64,000 nucleotides of DNA from the human T2T-CHM13v2.0 reference genome, Homo sapiens: NCBI RefSeq assembly GCF_009914755.1, contig NC_060931.1; one strand, given 5' to 3'. This document shows positions 44,066-63,502 of the stretch, piece after piece. A program made the position numbers and the translations under genes. Position 1 is the first letter of the stretch. Each line of letters opens with the position of its first letter. The notes beneath the pieces were generated by a model. It searched no databases. It had not been told where the DNA came from and saw only the letters and a list, made by a program, of their open reading frames with translations.

Positions 44066-44737
44066 TATGAATCCATGAAACAAAATCATATTTTCTAAGG
44101 CCCTAGACATTTCATGAGTTTTTTTTAAGTCTGGGGCAAAAAAAAAAAAAAGAAAAAGAAAAGAAAAATTAATAACAACAGCAGCAAGCAGAATCTACAT
44201 TTCATGAGCGCAAATATTTTTGCTGGTTTGTCTGCTATATCCCCAACACCTAAAACAGTGCACAGCACACAGCAGCTACGCAATAAATATTTGCTGAATG
44301 ACGGAAGGAAAACTATTCCTGAATGCTTACTGTATGTTCAGGACTATTCTCAGTGCTTTACACTAATTATCTCATTTAGTCATTACAACTCTGTAACAGG
44401 TATTATCATAATCCCCATGTAGAGAAAAGGACATCAAGGCACATAAAATGGTTAAGCTACTGCCCAGAATTATTCTGCTAGTAATGGTAGCATAGGGATA
44501 ATAAATATAAAATCTGAATATTAACAATCAAAGCTTTAAAACATCATTACACACATAAAAAAGAAAATATCTGGAATTTGCCTGATCTTGCACTGTATTT
44601 TCAGAAAAACATGAAGATCTCCAAATACATGTAAACAACATGCTCTAACTAGTACTCATTAAATTGAAACCAAAGGATTTATTGAGAATCTACTATGCGC
44701 ATCACTGGTTTAGGATCTCATGAATAAAAAGGAAGTA

Positions 44738-44975
44738 TAGGTTAAACATCTCTAATCTCAAAATCCAAAATCTGAAATGCTCCAAAATCAGAAATTTTTT
44801 GAGTGCCAATATAACACTCAGTGGAGACACTCATCAGAGCATTCTGGATTTCAGATACTCAGATTAGCAATAGTCAGTGAGTATGTATTCTGCAAATATT
44901 CCAAAATCCAAAAAAATCTGAAATCCAAAACACTTCTGGTTCCGAGCATTGCAAAGAAGGTATACTCAACCTGTA
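44738..44975. mobile_element. Tigger4a/MER46-type MITE
   Basis: AGGTTAAACATCTCTAATC..AAAATCCAAAATCTGAAATGCTCCAAAATC and ...GATACTCAACCTG followed by TA. Confidence 0.75.
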
Positions 44976-45150
44976 TATGTCATAGTCCTCGTACTCAAGT
45001 TTTACATATTATTTTGTTAACCAAACGTTGTATATGTTAAAATTAAGTGAATTTAAAATAAATAAATATACTTTCCAGAAAGTATTTCACTGAATCTTCA
45101 GTATTTCTATTCCAGGACACACTTATCTGAGGAAAATAAAAATAATATAC

Positions 45151-45231
45151 CTGGTTCAGTAAGTAAAGAATCTTTGTAAGAATATGCAAACATCTTCTTG
45201 GATTGATTGGAGTTTCATTGAATATACGAGC
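45151..45231 (-). CDS. COPG2: COPG2 exon 3, [27 protein letters not shown]
   Basis: TAG acceptor, 81 nt, CAG|GTATAT donor; conserved gamma-COP N-terminal motif. Confidence 0.97.
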
Positions 45232-45783
45232 CTATGAAAAAACATAAAAAACATTGCTACTTTTCTACCTTTTCTATCACAGATTATAGCAAATCAACTT
45301 TAATACAGACTATTTTTAATCACGGTATCCAAAGAACATTGTCTATAGTTCTCAATTTACTAAGGTATCTGATAAATTATTACACGTGGCCTTGATTTTC
45401 CATCCTATACTTTCTCATTCCCTTAGGTTGACTACTTCAACTTTATGGGCTATACCAGTTAAATAAGGATCACAATACTTATCTATATCATACTAATACA
45501 ATGAGATTAATACAGATAACTGATTTCAATAACCTTGCACTAAACACCTGTTCTTACATTTAAAATTCCCAACCTGTGACAGTCTTCATGTCTTTGCATT
45601 TCTATAAGCTCCAAATTCTCCTGTGACAAGTAACCCCTCTTTCTTTTCCCTCAAATCTATATTCCCTAAACTCTGTTACGTTTCTTGTTTTGCATGTCGT
45701 GATCACAGCAGCCCAGGGATTCTCTGCCCACCACTCTAAAACAGAATAGAAAAGAAAGGGCACAAGATACTTCCCAGTCATAC

Positions 45784-45836
45784 CTCCTGTAAAACAGCAC
45801 TCTTCTCCAGATGCTGGAAAGGATTGGAGCCACTAC
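45784..45836 (-). CDS. COPG2: COPG2 exon 2, (G)SGSNPFQHLEKSAVLQE
   Basis: TAG acceptor after a T-rich tract, 53 nt, donor GTATGA; continues the exon 1 frame (37+53=90 nt). Confidence 0.97.
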
Positions 45837-46933
45837 CTATTTATAAAACAAAACAAAAAAATGTCCTGAACAGCTGTTCTACACAAACTTATATACTTTC
45901 CAGAGAAGGGTACTGAATGCTTGGGAAGTGAACACTTGGATGGCACAGTGATAATCATGGCTAATACGCATACGAACTGAATGAAATCATTTTGATCCCG
46001 GCTCTGTCACTGCCATACTCGAAGAGCTGAGACTTCTCTTTCGCAGCAACCCTCTCCAAAATGAGTGTCTTCTTTCCCTGCCCTCTTTTTCCATGAATGT
46101 TAAAAATGTGTCATTTCCACAACAACGAAGATTAATGAGATTGTAGTAGGGTGCTTTTGATTTCCTTAGGTAAGCAGTATTTTATGTGTTTCTAACACTT
46201 AAGGAGAGGCAGAAACGAAGTTTCCCAGAGAATCATGCAGGCGTAAAGGTGCAAGAGGCCATGGAGGTTGACTAACCCAACCCCCTCTCACACTGTGGGA
46301 GATGCTACCAAACACTGAGAATTTTTTTCTTTTTGAGGATGCTTGGCATCTTCCCCATTTGCTCTGGACCAAAGACGGGCATCAAGACGCAGGTCACTTC
46401 TGGACACCTGAGCATTCAACGAGCTGTGTCCCACGGGACAGTCTTGCCCCCGGGGACCTGGACAGAGCCGGTGACCCCAGGAAAACGATAAGGTACCAGG
46501 CACCTGAACGTTCCTCCACACACACCCTGTGCCGTCGACCCCAGCCCCGGGAACAGGGTGCTCCCACTAGGGGTCCGACCCTACCAGCACCCCTGGACGC
46601 GGAGACGCGCGCACGCCCTCGGCCCCCGCCGGAGGCCCGCGCGCAGGGGAGGAGGCGGCTCGGAGGGGCTGCGCCGCAAGAGGGGCGGGAACGGGGCGCG
46701 CGCGGGCGCCGGGGCGGGAGCGCGCGGCCCGAAGGGAGGCTCCGGCGCCCGGGGGAGGGGCTACGGGCAGGCCCCGGGCAGCCGCGAGGGGAGGGGAGGG
46801 GCCGGCTCCAGCTCCGGCCCCCTGGCACGGCGGCGCCCACGCCCCCAGCCCCGCCGGCCTGAAAGCAGGTGGCGGCGGGCGGGGGAAGGGGCGTCCCGCG
46901 GCTGAGGGTGGGCCTCGGAAGCCCCGCGCGTAC

Positions 46934-46970
46934 CAGACTCCTCGTCCTTCTTGTCGAATTTTTTAATCAT
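46934..46970 (-). CDS. COPG2: COPG2 (coatomer subunit gamma-2) coding exon 1, MIKKFDKKDEES-G
   Basis: ATG at 46970 in CCAAGATGA context; the peptide matches the gamma-2 COP N-terminus; 37 nt followed by donor G|GTACGC (phase 1). Confidence 0.97.
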
Positions 46971-47242
46971 CTTGGACGACTTCCCAGCGCCCAGACCCAC
47001 CGCAACCGTCCCAGGCGCCGCAGCCGGCGAGCGGAAGAGGCTGCAGGAAGGCCGGCCCCGCGCTCTCACGCCGGTTGGGCCGCCGCGCCTTCACTCGGGG
47101 CCAAGGCCCGCCCTCCCCGGCCGCCCTCGGCCCCCGGGACGCAGCCACGCCCCCTTCTCCTCTTGCGGCCCGCCGGAGACTTCGGCTCGACCCTCCCGGC
47201 TTGCGACCCGGGAGCCCACGCCCGCAGCAGCAGGAATGTGGT

Positions 47243-47248
47243 TTTATT
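47243..47248 (-). terminator. Candidate proximal poly(A) signal AATAAA of TSGA13
   Basis: Canonical hexamer 68 nt after the TSGA13 stop; the surrounding sequence is GC-rich. Confidence 0.55.
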
Positions 47249-47315
47249 TGGGTGGCGACTTCTGCGGACCCCTCAGTCTCAAGAGAGCGAGGCGGGAGGA
47301 CTGAGGGGTCTGTGT

Positions 47316-47594
<279 letters not shown>

Positions 47595-48919
47595 TTAGAG
47601 GGTAGATTTTGGACCGTGTAATACCATTCCCAACCTATTTTATAATTTTTGGATTCCTTCATTTCATCAAAACCCAGTGGAAAATTCATTGCCAGTTTAG
47701 AGTCTTCCTTGTTCAAGCCTATTTCTTTCAATGATTCCATCTGAAACCATATTGACACTTAAGAAACTCACTAAATTAACGTGCATTCATTCCTAACTCA
47801 TGTTCCTCTTTTTCTCAGAGTGTATGCTGGCTTTCTGTTCTCTTGTCTAAGAGTGTAGCTAAGAAACTTTGTCTGCCTTTGGCTTCACTGGCATAACTTG
47901 TTTAGAAATGTAAATTGGGTCTATACTCAACAGGATCGTGCCCCTGCAAAATTAGAGAAATTCTAACCTAGATTACATTCTACATCCTAGAGAAATTCTT
48001 TCCCTGAAATACAGATTTAAGATGAACTGTTGATATCCTACATATGGTATCATTTAAGATTTAACTCCGACTTGACTAAATGTACTATTAACTACTATGT
48101 TTGCTTTATATGGCTTGTAAAGGTCAAGTCATACTTTGTAGGTGGAGTTTTCTTTGAAGGAAATAGAAGTCTGCACTCATTTATTCTGGGGGTGAAAATA
48201 AACAGGCTTTGGGGAAGGAAACATCCTCTTCCTCTTCCTTGGCCCAAGGGTATTGGGAACCTAGGCAGAGACAGTGTAGATAATAGGCCCAGAGGTTCTC
48301 AAGGTGGGTAATGCCCCGGAGACCTGCTGAGAAGTAGAAGGACCTGAGTTCAGATTTGGGGCTGACCCTAAGACTAGCCCCTTGTAAAGCAAGATCAATC
48401 ATTCTCTGCTGTTCTTCAGCTTTTCTGTATATCTATGAAGTTTTGTTTAATACCACAGGTTGTTTTTAGCTGTGCAGTATTTACGGAGTTAAGAGCATCA
48501 GTAGGTGGAAATGGGATGGGATGTGGTGGCAGATAGGTATAGCAGGAGCAGAGAAGCCTGAAGAAGCCAGTTAAGGGATGGTATAATATGACCCCAGGCC
48601 TTCGGTATCAGGACTATTTGGACTGAGGATGGCTGGCAGACGGGTTGAGCAATCACTGCAATGGCTTTGTGGGACAGGCAAGGATACCTTAGGGAGTCTC
48701 AGGAATTGTTTGAGGAGAGAAACCCAGTAGGAGAAATGGACCTTATCTTAAAACCATGAGCTGGTGAAGTCTGAGGACCCACCAATTATATATATCTAAT
48801 ACACAAATGTGTACTCAGTGCCCTGAAATTCTTCATTGGGTCCAAACTGCCTACTGGATAAAACCCAAACCTTTATTTAAATAATATTTAAGGCATTGTG
48901 GTATTTTCGATTTCTTGTT

Positions 48920-49218
48920 ATTGTTGTTTGTTTGTTTTTCAGACAGGGTCTCACTCTGTTACCCAGGCTGGAGTGCAATGGCATAATCACAGCTAACTGC
49001 AACCTTGAACTCCTAGGTTCAAGCAATCCTCCTTCCTCAAGCCCCCCAAGTAGCTCAGACTACAGGTGCATGCCGCCACACCCTGTTAAATTTTTTTAAA
49101 TTATTTTTTGTAGAGACAGGATCTCACTATGTTGCCCAGGCTAGTGTCAAGCCCCTGGCCTCCAGCAATCCTCCTGCCCCAGCCTCCCAAACTGCTAGGA
49201 TTACGGACACGCCCAGCC
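48920..49218 (-). mobile_element. AluJ
   Basis: Diverged reverse-complement Alu. Confidence 0.85.
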
Positions 49219-49809
49219 TGTCAAGGCCTTTTATGATCTGTTTCATCTCTTTCACATATTGAAAGTGATATTGTTGGTGCTTGGTGTCAGACACTTAGTA
49301 GGAACCCTTGAAATACTGTTAAATAAATGATAATATGTGAGGAGGATTCTCATTGTACCCTCTGCCATACAACCTTATTCCAAGCCCCTTCTACCCCATT
49401 CCCTACCCCAATCCCAGAGACTTTTGTACCTCTAAGACACACAGACTTATCCTTTGGCCCTTTTAGAGCAGTTTTTTCTTCAAAGTATAATATGCATACC
49501 ACTGGGTGGTTCTAGGTGGTACATAGATAAACATTTTAAAATTTCATTATTATAAATTTGATATAAGTGTTTCAGAAAAGCATATAATTTGTACATCAAA
49601 ACCATGATATCAATGATATAGTATTAATTAGGACAAGATTTTTTAAAAATCCTTTTAAAAAATGCTAAGTAAATTAACAGCAAATAATACATCAATATGG
49701 CAAAAACTATTAAAGTGCTGGGTGATATAGCTTAGTAAACACTGCTAGAGCTTTCTTGAAATTTGAGGATTTAAACAGGGTCCAGAGCTTTGCACCTTTT
49801 GAGCCTCTA

Positions 49810-50482
<673 letters not shown>

Positions 50483-50738
50483 CCACCATTCACTTTAAAG
50501 TTGGCTACATTCTCAGAGAAGACAAGACAATGATAGGAGCCTGTTGATTGGTGCCAAGTAGGAATATTGTTCCGTGACAAGGGATGCTTCTGAACTTAAC
50601 ACTGTAAACCTTTGGAGGAACTCCAGAATCTCTTCTGTCCTCTCTAAACTACACATAGGCTGCTCTTGTAAGTAGTTTCACATAAAACCTCTTTTGTCTA
50701 ATGTGTTCTCATAGCACATGGTTCCTGTGATATAGCGC

Positions 50739-50838
50739 CTAACTTGTACTGAGGGTACTTTTTTTTTTTTCCTGTTTCTTCAAAGCACAGACCTTGGAAT
50801 ATTTCCCCTCAATCTTGAAACCATTGCCAGTGCAAAAC
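50739..50838 (-). pseudogene. Degenerate duplicate of the TSGA13 penultimate exon (pseudo-exon)
   Basis: 54 of the first 67 nt are identical to 50086-50020 and the TAAG|G junction is the same. Confidence 0.85.
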
Positions 50839-51025
50839 CTTAGTTTTGCATGACTGTTTCTCTTTGATTCATGTGTCAATGAGGTTAGGGTCATGTAGGG
50901 AAAGTCGTGTCTTACTATCTTTGTACGACCAAAGAATATGTCATTAAATTGTATGGCAAAGAACCAGAAACGTGAATAGGGAAAAGATAGGAAAGAAAGC
51001 AAGTACAAGAAGAAGCAAGATTTCA

Positions 51026-51223
<198 letters not shown>

Positions 51224-51699
51224 TTAAGTTTGGACCAAGTTCCTGGACTAAGTTCCAATTCCCCTACAATCATGCAACAAAACCTGTCAGAGGGGGAAGT
51301 GGGAACTCAGAAACCAGAATCAGAGGAAGCCGTTCCCTGGGAGGGAAAACACTCTTTTCATTGCCAGATTACTTGTCCAAAACCTGTTCAGTTTCCTAAG
51401 TAATTGATTAAATTTGCCTACTGGCCCTTGGAAGTGAATGGCAGAGAAAGTTACCCAGTTTGGGGAAGGATTCAACCAGTGAAGTCCTTGGGGAAGTAAG
51501 TATTTGGCAATAAATTGGGAAATAGATCCATGGGACTTTACCTTCCTTTCTTGGAGATGGCTGCCTCATCCACATTCCATTCTCCTTAATGAGAAGGCCA
51601 TGGAATGGGATGTTGTGAAGTAATAATTATACCATTACTAAAGGTCATAGAATCAAAGTCTTTCAGAAAGAATCTTAAGTCATCCAGTCTGTTTGTCTG

Positions 51700-52070
51700 T
51701 CCCTCCTAGCCCTTCCATAATCTCACTATCAAGTGCTCAATCTTTCTTTACCTAAAAAAAAAAAGATTTCACCTTTGATCAGCCAATAGATATCTCCCTG
51801 TAACTTTTACCCTATAGTCCAGAAGGAACAAATCTAGTCCTTCTTCCATAGAGTCCTTAAACATTTTGAAGGAATTCATCACATTCCTCCTAAGCTCTGT
51901 CTCTTCCAGGCTAAACATTGCCAATGTGTTGAACTTTTTTTCATATGACATGGCATTGGGTTCCTTTTTCTTTTTTTAATCTCATTGGAGAAAGCTACAG
52001 TTCATATTCTAACTAATGTGCGGCAATCTGAAATGAAAACAATATGCCAGGTGTAGTAACTGCATGGCAT
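51700..52070 (-). mobile_element. L3/CR1 LINE 3' ORF2 remnant
   Basis: ORF 51769..51951 SYEKKFNTLAMFSLEETELRRN...EEGLDLF resembles the CR1 C-terminal motif [22 protein letters not shown]. Confidence 0.7.
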
Positions 52071-52108
52071 ATCCCCTGGCCCCATGGAAGTGTCTATTCA
52101 AAAGTCAA

Positions 52109-52763
<655 letters not shown>

Positions 52764-52799
52764 CAGAGCCTTCTTAACTACACTATCTAACATTGCCAC

Positions 52800-53012
52800 T
52801 CACATCCATCACATTCCATCTCCTTATCCTGCTTTGTCATGGCATTTATCACATTACATTATCTGTGTGATCATTTGTTTATGGTCTAAGTCACTAGAAT
52901 TAAGCTTCATTAGAGCAAAGACTGGGTCTTAGTCATTAATATATCCCTAGCACCCGTAATAGTGCCTGGCACATAGTAGATGTTCAATAAATATTTGTTG
53001 AATGAATAAATG
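52800..53012 (+). mobile_element. L2 3' end
   Basis: CCTAGCAC...GTGCCTGGCACATAGTAGATGTTCAATAAATATTTGTTGAATGAATAAATGA. Confidence 0.8.
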
Positions 53013-53138
53013 ACCAAACTAATTAATTAACATATTGAGCTTTTGCTATCAGAATCTTAAAGACTTTTTGTCTTTAATACTTGCTGCTTCTGAACCATGT
53101 CTTTTCAATTCTGAACTTATTCTCTTTAAGCTCTTGTA

Positions 53139-53213
53139 TTAGGATGGTGCAAAAGTAATTGCAGTTTTGCAATTATAATGGCAAAAACTGCACTTACTTT
53201 TGTGTCAACCTAA
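53139..53213. mobile_element. MADE1 (Hsmar1-derived palindromic MITE)
   Basis: TTAGGATGGTGCAAAAGTAATTGCAGTTTT...AAAAACTGCACTTACTTTTGTGTCAACCTAA flanked by TA. Confidence 0.9.
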
Positions 53214-53699
53214 TAATTTTAAGGGAAAGAAATCCATTTGAGTTATCTTAAATAATAGGTTTTTTACTGTAAGAGCACATGTGCCTAATAACTAAGATAT
53301 AGATAACTATCCAGCCATAAGCAAAACCCTAGGAGAGCTGGACCTCATATCAGAAAAACAGTAACTGAAGTTATTTGGAATCCAAGACAGCACTAGTGAA
53401 GGACCACTGTCTTAATGCAAACATATCACTCACATGTTTCTCCTACTTTCTTCCTATCTGCTTCCTTCTTCTCCCTTTACCTTGTTCACTCCTCACCTTT
53501 ACTCCATAAATATGTGTGTATATATATATATATGTATATATATATGGGTTTTTTTCTACCTATAGCTTCTGCTTATTTACTTCTACTTCCTACTTCCCTA
53601 TAACTTCAGCCTTCCCATACTCGACTTCATGGCCTCTTCACTACCTTTCTTCCTCATGGTTTGAGTCTTTTTTTTGGGGGGGTGGGGTGGGGAGGGGAT

Positions 53700-56685
<2,986 letters not shown>

Positions 56686-57032
56686 TGGTTTGGCTACTGT
56701 GATGGCAAATTCCGTCTTCTGAAACTGGAAAGTAATGTGTACTAAAGCATCATTCTTTACTCCTTTCCCATTTAGATATTCATCCCTGTTTTTATTCCTC
56801 ATTTCCTGACTCATCTTTTACTACTTTATTCTCAACTAGAAAGTCAGTGGCTAGTCTACCCTTTGTTACTTACAAATTAAATATCTTTGGCCAAAGAAGA
56901 ACACTTTCCAGTGAAGACCCCATTTTCTCCCTGCAATGAAGTTTCAGCACCCAAGCTTATTGAATTCTGATTCCCAGGTTCTCCAGATGCTGTTATGTGA
57001 AGCATAGGATCAGGAATAAGAAGGAAGAGATA

Positions 57033-58846
<1,814 letters not shown>

Positions 58847-59159
58847 TTAAGGTGTGGGTGAGGAAGGGACGGTCCCACTAAATTTGCCTTTCTCTCAATA
58901 GGAGAAAGGCAGAGGGTTGGGGGGAAGGAAGTGAAAGGGAGAAAATGGATTACAAATATATTTTTTTCCTGATCATAAATATGTTTCCTCAACTTAAAAA
59001 AAATCAGCTGTGGGGACCCACTTTCTTCCCAGTTCTCATCTCCCACTTTGCCACCCCAATCCTCAGCACTGCCTCTGGCATCATAACCTAGAGGCAGCTC
59101 TGCCTGCCTGTCCTAAGAGTACGCACAGTCACAGAAGCTGGGGACACTTGGAGGCATTA

Positions 59160-59309
<150 letters not shown>

Positions 59310-60214
59310 CTAAAGAGGATAATCAAAGTTAGTGGTTTGAAGTTGCACCTATCCTAAACAGTATTCCATTCCTTACCTCACCTTAGTCTCACTGGAGAAC
59401 TGGTCTCTAACTTACACTAAGTAAGTTAGAGAAGTACAGTTAGAAGTGCTTCAGATTTTGTACTCTAGGTTTCTGGAACAAGGGCCCCAGCAAGGAGACC
59501 TGGATTCTAAGACCTCCTGACCGTGACACTTGTCAGCGGAAATGGGGCCAGCCTTATGAAATGTCAGGGAAAGCCGTTAGGAGGGGAAATAGACAAGGGC
59601 AGCATCAGTTCAGATTGCGACAAATCTTTCCAAGGAGTCACTTCTTTCTTATGCCTTTTCCATAGCTATAGGAGTGAAATGAGGTGAAAATCAACATGCA
59701 GGACAAATCTTTAAGGAGAAAAGCAAGTTTCAAAAGGGCATTAACCTAAAAGTTGTGGGTGCAAGGGAGCCCTAGGGTCAACTCTGCCAATTGAGCTGGG
59801 AGCCGACCTACTCACAGAGAAAGGAAGAAGAGCAGTGCATGTTACAATTTTGAACATCTCTGCAGTATGAAATTCTTCCAGAAATGTTGCAAAAAATAAT
59901 TGAATTTTGGTAACACTTGTGTCTACCACTTTGCTTTTTTATTTTTATTTTTATTTTTTTTGCTGGTGGGTAGTCCTGGATGTTAGTGGATTATTTGAGT
60001 GTCATATCTGATAGTAGAGGAGCTGAGCCTTTTCCATTCCCTTTCTGCTGACCTAGTGTTCTTGCTTCTCCTCTTGCATAGCCCTGCCTAAGGATGAATC
60101 AAGGAGATAGGAACACAAGGATATAAAAGCTCTGAATTATCTTCTTCTGGCTTGGCATAGTCAGAAATCGGAAAAAAAGAAGAGTGCATCATTATCCTGT
60201 GTTCAGATCAGCAT

Positions 60215-60836
<622 letters not shown>

Positions 60837-61726
60837 GCTCAGCATTTCTAAAGATTGCTATACCTCCCCCATCAGGAGGCAGTATGGTAAGGTGGGTGCC
60901 TTACCCACCTTACAGAGGAAAGGGAACGTGCACTGAAAAGTTAATAAAGCAAGAGGGCTAATGGAGAAGAGGGAAGCAGTCAGAATGGGACAGAACTATG
61001 AGTTAAGAGGAGGCCCTGCTATGCTCCAGGAAGAAAAGGCCAAAAGTTGGCAATTCTTGGCAGTTGGAGAAGGAGCGGGAAGAAGCATAGCAAAGCCACT
61101 CCACAAATTCCTTTAGAGAGGGTGGGATGAACTATGAGATGGTGGGATGGATCCAAAGACTCAATCATTTAATTTTTTACCACCTTATGGAAAACTAAAG
61201 TTCATTTGTTGAAAACAGAAATATGAAAAACCTGCTTCACAACTATGAAATGTATGACATATTTAGAATCATAGAAGTTAGGAAAAACTTATTTGGGAGA
61301 AAGGTATGAAGACCTTTTCTCTTACAGGTTTTTTAAAAAAAATAATTTTAGGGGGAAATTCCCTGGTGAAAATGTTTTTACTCCTGAAGTTTTTTGAAGT
61401 ATTGCATATCTGTTCCAAATTAGTCTCTAGCAGTTGACTAAACCCACAAGATTGTCCAAATTGGAATGTGTTTTTAGTTTTGTTATGTTGAATTTCACTA
61501 TCTGTGGCTGATTAAATAAAAGTTGGCCTGGAAAATTCACTTGAATGTGGTAAACATGGGAAAACAACCAAGATACCCAGTGGAGTTTTGCTACAAGAGG
61601 TAGTTGTAAAGTCTGCGTAAGTTAGGGTTTGACACGCTCTTACTCCCTAAGATAGGTTTCTGCTTCCTGGGTTTTATGTCCTGATTTGTTGCTGATGTGT
61701 CCTGTTCCTTCTTTTTCTGTGCTCTA

Positions 61727-62002
<276 letters not shown>

Positions 62003-63479
62003 TCAGAGGCCTGGACTTCTGCATATTGTCAGTCTCCCTCAACAAAGTTTGGAAGCCTAACTCAGACAAGTCCAATTTAGGTGATCACATCAGTAATTGA
62101 CTAAGTAGCAAAAAAATCAGACTCATTATCCAGCCTGCATGCTAGGGAAAAGCAAGACTTCAGTTTGGAGAGTTAAACAAGTGGGACCTTTGGATGACTC
62201 AGTGACATCCATTGAGTTGGTTTCTTCTAAAATAAGGATTTTAGACCATTCACAGAAGTGCTCTAACGACTGCTTAAGGAAATTATTTTGGGAAGTTAGA
62301 TCCTCACAATACCCTTAAAAACCACCTACTATTTTGAATACTTACCTGCCTATTCTTCTTCCACATGGAAATTGCCCTGTTTTTGCCAGTGATTGGCCAA
62401 TGATTAGCCAATGAATCTGTGAGAAGGAATATAGTTAATAGAACCTCACAACTAAGTTTCCAATTCTTGTTGACCTTGCTTGGATTACTGGCTCTCATGT
62501 CTTCCTAACCACATCTCTGAAGACTTCTCTTCTTAGAACTAGGGTAGTAAAAATAATCAACAATGGCAAATATTTCTGTACTCTACTCTGTTACCCTCAC
62601 CCTAATACCAATTCTCTTTGCAGAAAATAGGGTGAAGCAGCTTCTATTCTTTGCTATTCTTTTTAAACCCATTTGCTGCCAGAACATAATGTAAAATGCT
62701 CCTCAGTAAGATTTGGTTAATGATTAAGATAAATGGCCTGCTTCTTCCTTGGAGATAGTTCCATTGGGTGGTTAAATTAGCTCAAAGTAAGAAGAATTAT
62801 GCAACTATCTCAACTAGACCTCTCTCCTTTAAAAATGAGGATAGCAGAATAAGGACCAAAATAAAAGTAGAAATAGCCACGCTATGTCGTTTGTAGGTCA
62901 ACTGGCTATAGCGTGCTACAAATAATCCCCAAATCCATGATTCTATCCCATTCAAGCATAGCTACCTTCCATCTGTTGCTGGCCACCAGTTGCACCATTA
63001 ACTCAGGTCAGAGGTCTTAAAAACGGTCCCAACAGAGTAGGTGACCCATGATGGAGAGACCACAATTCATCCCAACTTAACATCTTAAAGTTTGTGCCCT
63101 TTCATTAAGTTATCTAATAATTAGTAATACAGTATAATATTTATTGTAGCACTTTTCAAAATGATTCTTTGATACCTAAAAGGAAGCACAGAATCCCGGA
63201 TACTCTTCTTCAGGGCCAATTTAAGGCATAGAACTATATGAAAAGCGCTTCTTTAGCCCAACAGCGTCCATCTGGAACAAGCTGGTGCTTTCTTTTTGAC
63301 AAAAGCAACCATGAAATACAGACCAAGATCCGGTTTTTGATCCAGGGACAATCAGTCAATTAAAATATGTTTAATGAGAGTCTACTCTGTGACCAGCACC
63401 ATTCAACGTGCTGTGGGCTATGCAATAAGTTAATATAAAGTGGTGTTTATAACTTAGTTGGGCAAACAAGACTACATAC

Positions 63480-63502
63480 TTGGTTTGTCTCTTTTGGCTC
63501 AT
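63480..63502 (-). CDS. TSGA13: TSGA13 first coding exon (MSQKRQT-K); exon including 5'UTR probably 63480-63652
   Basis: ATG at 63502; 23 nt then GTATGT donor; upstream acceptor TTTTCTTGTTTCCCATACAG at 63653. Confidence 0.9.

Noticed and set aside
62620-62700. Minus-strand SILHYVLAANG resembling an ankyrin motif
   Set aside because: Short, followed by a stop, with no convincing splice sites or further repeats.
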